Source of the DNA: Candidatus Poribacteria bacterium
GTDB lineage: Bacteria; Poribacteria; WGA-4E; UBA9662
Length of the DNA: 22,624 nucleotides
Assembly: GCA_036339735.1 (NCBI GenBank)
Contig: JAYZAL010000040.1
Span: 1 to 22,624, forward strand
Direction: 5' to 3'
The notes under the pieces are model-generated. The model saw only the letters and a list, made by a program, of their open reading frames with translations, did not search any database and was not told the origin of the DNA. This document shows positions 16,809-22,624 of this stretch, in pieces. The stretch's first letter is position 1, and each line of letters begins with the position of its first letter. The position numbers were made by a program, and so were the translations under genes.

Positions 16809-17510
16809 GTGATATTACGTTCCATAACTAAATCTAAATTTATCCTTTTACTTCCTGTCCCTAGTTTCTTTCTTCTTACCTTTTGTGTAGCCGTAGGTGA
16901 AGACAACCCTAGGCTGACTTTCCACGTCTCAGATCCTCGAGACACCTTCCAATTTTCATCTGACGCTCCATTAGAAAAAATTGTTGGCACTACTAACAAC
17001 ATCGCAGGAAAAGTCATTGTTCACCCAGATGATATCACAGAAAATTTACAGGCATCTTTTGAACTGGACTTGGCCACAATTGAAACAGGAATAGCAGAAA
17101 GAGATAAACACCTTAGAAACGAATACTTAGAAACGCAAAAATACCCAAAAGCTATGCTGACTGTCGATGATATCATTAAAGTTAATGGAGAGCATACCAA
17201 TGCATCTTGGAGACTAGAAGACAAGAAAAGCTTCTATGTGACTGCCCAATGTACACTAAACCTACACGGTGTGCAAAAAAGCATTATTGTGGATAAGGTA
17301 AAAATAACTTACTTCACGGAAAATGATGAGCTGAGGGCGGTCAATATGTATGGGAATATATTAAAAATTGATGCTACATTCAAAGTTAATCTTTCAGATT
17401 ATAATATAAAAAGGCCTCAGTTACTTTTTCTGAAGTTGAGCGAAGAATTAGAGATTAAGATTTCAATGTTAGCCTCCTCAAGCCCTCTCGGTCAATTCTG
17501 GCGTTCCTAG
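16809..17510 (+). CDS. YceI family lipid/polyisoprenoid-binding protein with N-terminal signal
   Basis: FSSDAPLEKIVG, IETGIAERDKHLR, YLETQKYPKA, LNLHGV, LSDYNIKRP; hydrophobic N-terminus. Confidence 0.9.
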   Translation: MILRSITKSKFILLLPVPSFFLLTFCVAVGEDNPRLTFHVSDPRDTFQFSSDAPLEKIVGTTNNIAGKVIVHPDDITENLQASFELDLATIETGIAERDKHLRNEYLETQKYPKAMLTVDDIIKVNGEHTNASWRLEDKKSFYVTAQCTLNLHGVQKSIIVDKVKITYFTENDELRAVNMYGNILKIDATFKVNLSDYNIKRPQLLFLKLSEELEIKISMLASSSPLGQFWRS

Positions 17511-17936
17511 TTATTGATGACGAATTGTTGGAAGTTCCACAGGCATTTTGGCTCTACCTGTGTCCGTAAAAAGAACCGTTTTGGGCAAAATATTACCGAT
17601 ACCTAACCATCTTTAGTACTCAGTCCTGTCTAAACGTAAATTGAGGATAGAATAGCAGTCGGAATTAACCCTGAAAGCAGAATACGAACTTAATGAAGCT
17701 ACCATCAATAATCCGTTAACCTCTACCAGCCAATAATTTGCCGACATTTTGTATACGATGGGAGATAACCAGCAAGAAAAAGTAACTAACGAGGAAGTTT
17801 CCCAATGTTGTTTAATAATAAAGGCATATAATCTGTGCGAACATTTCCGTAGGCCTTTTCTACTCTTACTTAGCTATACTCAGCCCCCACTCTACTAGTT
17901 GCTCGAATGAACTCAATATACCCAAGCTATCTTTCT

Positions 17937-17973
17937 TCTAAAGTTGTGTGCTGCGCACAACTTTAGATTTTTT
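17937..17973 (+). terminator. Intrinsic terminator-like hairpin
   Basis: TCTAAAGTTGTGTG-CTG-CGCACAACTTTAGA (14-bp stem, one G-U pair) followed by T6. Confidence 0.6.
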
Positions 17974-18175
17974 GGTTTCACAAGCTTGCTCCTAAGATCA
18001 CCAAATAATTTTACCTCACACATTAGTATTGTCTATCGAAAATGATACGAATCGTTATTCGCTCTCTCTAGTTTCTGTGGATTCTTTTTCCGAATTTTTA
18101 ATTTCTTACTTTGACTAACAGGTGTAAATAGCTTTATACCTTGTATATTTCACTATTTATTTCGCAACCCGATCC

Positions 18176-18990
18176 TCAGTGTATAAATCCGGGTGAAGAA
18201 TTTATCTCATAGATAACATAACCATCTTTATTGAAGAGGAGATCGACACCAGCATTGCCAAGAGACATTAATTTTGTTGCTTCTAAGGCTGAAAATTCCA
18301 CTTCGTTATCTATTTCTACCACAGATCCAATTCCGCTACGCGGGACATTAGCCCTAAAATCTCCATCCACAGCTTTTGTTTTCATTGTTGTAATGACGCG
18401 ACCACTTAGGATAACCAAACGAATGTCGCGACCAAAGGAGTTTTCGATAAATTCGTGTGTAATAAAACTGAATCGATTATCAACTAGATCTACGACTTCG
18501 ACTAATTGCTCAAAGTGGTGACGAGTTTCAACTGAGAAAGTACCTCGGCCATACGTACCACTCAAAGTTAATTACCGGAAACCCAAGAAACTCCTCCACA
18601 TAATCAATATTTATTGAAGACCGGCCCAAAATGGTTTTCGGAATAGGTAGATTATGCTGCGCTAAGACCTAATGTGTATAAAAGCTTATCTTTTACTGCG
18701 TCGATACTATCCGACGAATTAAGAAAATTAGCTTCCATTCTTTCTAAATGCCGAAAAATCACATTCTGGTAATAGGTGGTTTCTACACCAATACGAGGCA
18801 GGTAGAAATTTGGAATATGTGTTTGCTAGCCTTGAATTAGGATGGATCAGCAGCCTTCCCGATGAACAAAAATGTCAACATCGTTTAGGTCAATGGCTTG
18901 ACAGTCGATACCTATGTCTTCAAAACACCGAATAAGTCGGTCGGTTTCATAAGAAATGGGAAATTGAGTTGTGAAAATCCAGCCCTTCAT
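18176..18990 (-). pseudogene. RimK-family ATP-grasp ligase pseudogene
   Basis: From ATG 18990: MKGWIF...HREGC*SILIQG*QTHIPNFYLPRIG...AVKDKL / YTH*VLAQHNLPIPKT...LGFPVI / LSGTYGRG...GRDIR...DFRAN...GVDLLF...EINSSPGF. Stops at 18849-18847, 18828-18826 and 18671-18669; frameshifts near 18680 and 18570. Confidence 0.9.
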
Positions 18991-19604
18991 GTCGATTTTG
19001 AAAAATTAAAAAATCTTTATGGGGTCATTTTTTTAAAGAAAAAGTTTTTATAATCTTACGTGTTATTTATTACAATTCACCAATGTTATGCTTGTATATG
19101 TTCTAGTTCGAAATAGACCAAAACACTTTTGTATATAATGGCTAACTCTTGACTTTAGCTATCAACGAACTGGCTATCAGTAAAATTATTATGTAGTTTT
19201 CCATAACTGATATTTCTGACCCTCGATATCAAAAAGTTTACTGCTGAAAGACCAAGACTGCCTGAAATTCAAAAGCTTTTAATTGATTCTCAATTTATTC
19301 TTGATCCTTTTATTAATCAATAAGATAATATGGGTGGTCAAAGTACAATAAAATCTTCTATAAATGATTGTCTATCTTTATCTATCAGACCTTGAGTAAT
19401 TTTATAATCTCGTAATCAAAACAAATTAAAGGATTAATTTTCTATAAGAATAATTCCGAGGTACAACACGGTTATCGAACGACTATTATAGAAGACATAT
19501 GATAAGTAGACTGCACTGACTTAACATCTCTTGTACGAAAAATTAACGTCAGGAGATTTTTTGAATATTGTTATAAAAAAGAGAATTTAGACTAGGAGAA
19601 AACC

Positions 19605-20675
19605 ATGTCTGGTAAGCTTAAGGTTGGTATTATTGGAACCGGAATTATTGGTAAAAGCCACATTTCCGGTTATCAATCGATGAATAACGATGTTGATATT
19701 GTTGCCATAGCAGACATTAATGAAGTTGAAGCGCAAAAAATTGCACAAGAAAACGATATCCCATATGTATTTTCGGACTACCGTGAACTGCTGAAGATGA
19801 ACGAAATAGATGGTGTTGACATTTGCCTTCCTAATTTCCTTCATGCGCCAGTCGCTATTGATGCACTTGAGGCTGGTAAACATGTCTACTGCGAAAAACC
19901 AATGGCAAAAACAGGGGCGGAAGCTCAAGCAATGTACGATACTGCGCAGCGAACAGGAAAAAATCTGTCGGTACAAATGGGAACGATTTTTTCCAAAGAA
20001 ACCCGAACTGCAAGGCGTCTGATTGAAGAAGGCGCACTGGGTAGAGTTTACTATGTCAAAACAAGCCACTACCGCCGCCGCGGACGAGTATATGTCGATG
20101 GATACGCTACACCACACTTTGTACAAAAGGAGAAATCTGGCGGTGGAACATTGGTAGATATGGCTGTTTATCATTTAGCACGAATGGTATATCTCTTAGA
20201 CAATCCAGAAATTGAAACCGTAACAGCTTCAACTTTCCAAGAACTTGATATGGATGAGAAACGTCGGCAGGAGAGCGGCTATGACGTGGAAGAACTAGGC
20301 ACAGGATTTGTACGGTTTAAAGGCGATACTACGATGTTTGTAGAAGAAGCTTGGGCTGCACACATCGATGGTGGCCAAGGTGATCGTATAATGGGAGCTA
20401 GGGGAGGACTCAAGTTACAGCCATTTACATTCTATACGGACATGTATGGTATGGACGCGAATACAAACTTCAACATTGATGCTTATGAAGGGCGTATGAA
20501 ATCTCTTGGACATTCCATTGAAGGTTATGAAAACTCACAGAAGCACTTCGTTTGGGGAGTATTAAATCGTATTGAGATGATTGATACCGGTGCAATTGGT
20601 CTAACTGTTGCTCGAATTACTGAGGCTATGTATAAATCTAGCCAAGAGAAAAAAGAGATAGATCTACGATCATGA
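19605..20675 (+). CDS. Gfo/Idh/MocA family oxidoreductase (paralogue of 8388-9425)
   Basis: VGIIGTGIIG, ICLPNFLH, GKHVYCEKPMA, RRRG, SGGGTLVD. AGGAG SD. Confidence 0.93.
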   Translation: MSGKLKVGIIGTGIIGKSHISGYQSMNNDVDIVAIADINEVEAQKIAQENDIPYVFSDYRELLKMNEIDGVDICLPNFLHAPVAIDALEAGKHVYCEKPMAKTGAEAQAMYDTAQRTGKNLSVQMGTIFSKETRTARRLIEEGALGRVYYVKTSHYRRRGRVYVDGYATPHFVQKEKSGGGTLVDMAVYHLARMVYLLDNPEIETVTASTFQELDMDEKRRQESGYDVEELGTGFVRFKGDTTMFVEEAWAAHIDGGQGDRIMGARGGLKLQPFTFYTDMYGMDANTNFNIDAYEGRMKSLGHSIEGYENSQKHFVWGVLNRIEMIDTGAIGLTVARITEAMYKSSQEKKEIDLRS

Positions 20676-20964
20676 TTGGTTTTATCAACAAACCCAAAAA
20701 CTATGTAATACAGTGATTTGATTACCATTTACGTTAATGTGGCAATAAATATGTAACTTTGTTCATTTTTTAATATACTGATTAGAAACAGTTTGGTGGT
20801 TGCTTTCTATGTCTTTCTGTTAACTAATCCAGATACAAAATTACTGTCGTTTGAAAGATTAACATTCGATCACTATTAATGGTGTTTATCGGCACTTTGC
20901 TTCCCTTGATTTTCTCTTTATCAGGTGCTTATTTTAGTGGCTTTGAATAGATGGTAGATTTCAG

Positions 20965-21219
20965 ATGAAAAGAAAAACTAATTTGACTGTAATCGTTCTA
21001 GAGTCGGCCCAACTTATTGGCATTGTTATGTTGATATTTGGTTTTTTGTCTGGTCTCGGAACTGAAGAGGGATTTACTATTTTTGGAATCCATAGAGATC
21101 GGTTCATGATTATTGGTTTCACCATAACGATAGTTTCGTCTATAACTTCCATCCTGTATAAAACTACGCTTTATAAAAAAATAACCAAAGATGAAACTGA
21201 TCAGTTTGACCCAGATTGA
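20965..21219 (+). CDS. Small hypothetical protein with two predicted TM helices
   Basis: 84 aa; basic N-terminus, two hydrophobic segments, charged tail. Confidence 0.6.
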   Translation: MKRKTNLTVIVLESAQLIGIVMLIFGFLSGLGTEEGFTIFGIHRDRFMIIGFTITIVSSITSILYKTTLYKKITKDETDQFDPD

Positions 21220-21250
21220 TATTGTAGATCCAATATCAATCTGGGTCAAA
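21205..21250. repeat. Perfect 20-bp inverted repeat with 6-nt spacer
   Basis: TTTGACCCAGATTGATATTG-TAGATC-CAATATCAATCTGGGTCAAA; the left arm contains the stop codon of 20965-21219. Confidence 0.95.
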
Positions 21251-21935
21251 ACGGATTCTTTCAGGTTAATGTTTATGAAAAATGACAATACAGAAAGAGG
21301 ATTCACATTCGGACAAATAGTTATTTGTTGAATCTAGGTTTACTGAAAGAACAGCTATTGAATTAGTTATTAGTTTCATTTCTTAGTTATCTGTTTCTAT
21401 CGGAATCCAACTCGACCTATTGTATCGAGTTACGGGGAACAGAACCAAACGTATGCTAAAGAACATAAAGTCAAAATGCCTGAATTCTGAAATTATTGAA
21501 GCTTAAGAATAATAGAACTTTACTAATTGACTCAGAAAATCTAACCTCCTTCTTTTCTGAAGAAAACTCTTCACTTTTCCATGCGTTTTCTCAAATTCAG
21601 TATACATATAAATTAACAAAAAATTATTGAATGTTTTTATAAATCTAGGGTGAGAAATATATTCTTCCGCATATCTGGTATGAAAATGGAGTAACAAGAG
21701 TCGTTAAACTCGACGAGGATGGTACAAATGAGCTCAATTTAAAAGGTAGTAAACTGAGGATTGAAATCAAAGAAGTTACTACTGTATACAGAATGATGGA
21801 GAAAGTAACCACGTGATAAAAGCTTTTCCATGCTTGATGTCCAGACAAAATAGAAGATTGATAAAATAATTAGAATAAAAAGTAAGAAGCAAAACAATCT
21901 GTCAGTAATCTAGTCAAGTAATAAGGAGGTTAGAT

Positions 21936-22445
21936 GTGAAAGTTCGTGATTTAGTATTTTTGCTGATCGGTGGATTGTTGGTTGTTCTTGGAATGCTGCT
22001 GAATTCCGTCTTGGTAATTGATGTGAATGCTCAAGATGATAGTCAAGTTTTAACTGTTAAGGAAATTCGATGCAAAAGATTAGTAGTTGGAGACGGAAAT
22101 CATCAATTTTCCGTATTCAATGGATATGTACAGTGTGATGGTGTCGTAGTCAAAAAAAGTATTACTCTTGTTGATGATAAATTTAATTTCAGAGGTAAAT
22201 TTGGTTTGGATACGGGCAGCAATGCTAATCTGAAAATATATGGCGATGACGGGAGAACCACAGTTGCATATTTGGGGTTAAATAAGGGAAAAAATGGTGA
22301 AATGGTTCTCGATTTGCGATCAAAGTCTAAAATAGATAAGAGATCAGTCACTATAGGAATAAACAATGACGGTGGAGGAGTTGATATTTCAAATAAGTCA
22401 GGAGAAAGTATGAGTTTGTATGATAAATTCCAAAACAAAAGATAA
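21936..22445 (+). CDS. Hypothetical secreted or membrane-anchored beta-rich protein
   Basis: GTG start with AAGGAGG SD; N-terminal hydrophobic helix ending VNA-Q; repeated Gly-turn beta-hairpin-like units. Confidence 0.8.
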   Translation: MKVRDLVFLLIGGLLVVLGMLLNSVLVIDVNAQDDSQVLTVKEIRCKRLVVGDGNHQFSVFNGYVQCDGVVVKKSITLVDDKFNFRGKFGLDTGSNANLKIYGDDGRTTVAYLGLNKGKNGEMVLDLRSKSKIDKRSVTIGINNDGGGVDISNKSGESMSLYDKFQNKR

Positions 22446-22624
22446 GGAAGCAATAACCAAATAATTATTGGGGTTCCTCTAGTAACCAACTAACAGACCT
22501 GAGTGGCTTAGCTGAGGCTAATTTGCCAGCACTTACATATTTGGGAATTAGTCAAAACCCGTTAAGCAATGATACTGTCTTGAACCAAATTCCTAAATTA
22601 AAAGAGACCATCCGTACCATCAGA
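22446..22624 (+). pseudogene. Leucine-rich-repeat gene remnant running off the window
   Basis: 22457-22624 reads ...SSNQLTDLSGLAEANLPALTYLGISQNPLSNDTVLNQIPKLK..., preceded by TAA (22454-22456) with no ATG. A second frame from 22446 reads GSNNQIIIGVPLVTN*, also LRR-like. Confidence 0.65.

Noticed and set aside
18176..18990. Stop-codon recoding (Sec/Pyl or alternative code) in the RimK-like gene
   Set aside because: Mixed TGA and TAG stops plus two frameshifts, and intact genes in the window use TAG, TGA and TAA as normal stops.
18991..19604. Long AT-rich spacer with several weak hairpins; possible ncRNA
   Set aside because: Stems are short and AT-rich, with no recognisable RNA family signature.
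21269..21331. MFMKNDNTERGFTFGQIVIC* resembling a prepilin N-terminus or the TEEGFTIFG segment of the upstream gene
   Set aside because: Only 20 codons, lacks the conserved Glu5 and hydrophobic helix; the resemblance is too short to support.
679..22489. Numerous short ORFs antisense to or nested in confident genes (e.g. 5890-6126, 8280-8624, 10783-11229, 19587-20174, 22103-22489)
   Set aside because: Shadow ORFs overlapping better-supported genes, with no motifs of their own.
12497..22624. Integron cassette array explaining the patchwork of genes
   Set aside because: No repeated attC-like RYYYAAC...GTTRRRY sites at gene ends, mixed gene orientations and no intI. The TAACCTGA/TCAGGTTA pair at 16665-16719 lacks the proper core.

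Overview
Bacterial chromosomal segment in two halves. The left part (1-9425) is gene-dense housekeeping: partial yigZ, an alaC-like aminotransferase, rpsU, an SDR, then a + strand run behind a perfect sigma70-type promoter (membrane protein, purF, Zn-ribbon hypothetical, dusB, NADP-dependent oxidoreductase, Gfo/Idh/MocA oxidoreductase). The right part (9426-22624) is a loosely packed, AT-rich variable region. It holds intact cargo (SulP transporter, a heparinase II/III-like protein divergent from a GH16, YceI, a second Gfo/Idh/MocA, small membrane or secreted proteins) interleaved with many decayed gene remnants (RimK pseudogene, LRR fragment, others). The boundary is marked by a tandem duplication of the first Gfo gene's 3' end, which is split in two by a ~2.8 kb SulP-carrying insert with no recombinase in view. 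Other notable items are a 33-aa ORF overlapping both neighbours, a 218-bp TIR-bounded element, a perfect 20-bp palindrome and a palindrome cluster upstream of yceI. Several protein features suggest Ca. Poribacteria; this is inference from recalled resemblance and was not searched. No tRNA, rRNA, CRISPR array, integrase or reverse transcriptase was seen, and no complete novel multi-gene system can be claimed.
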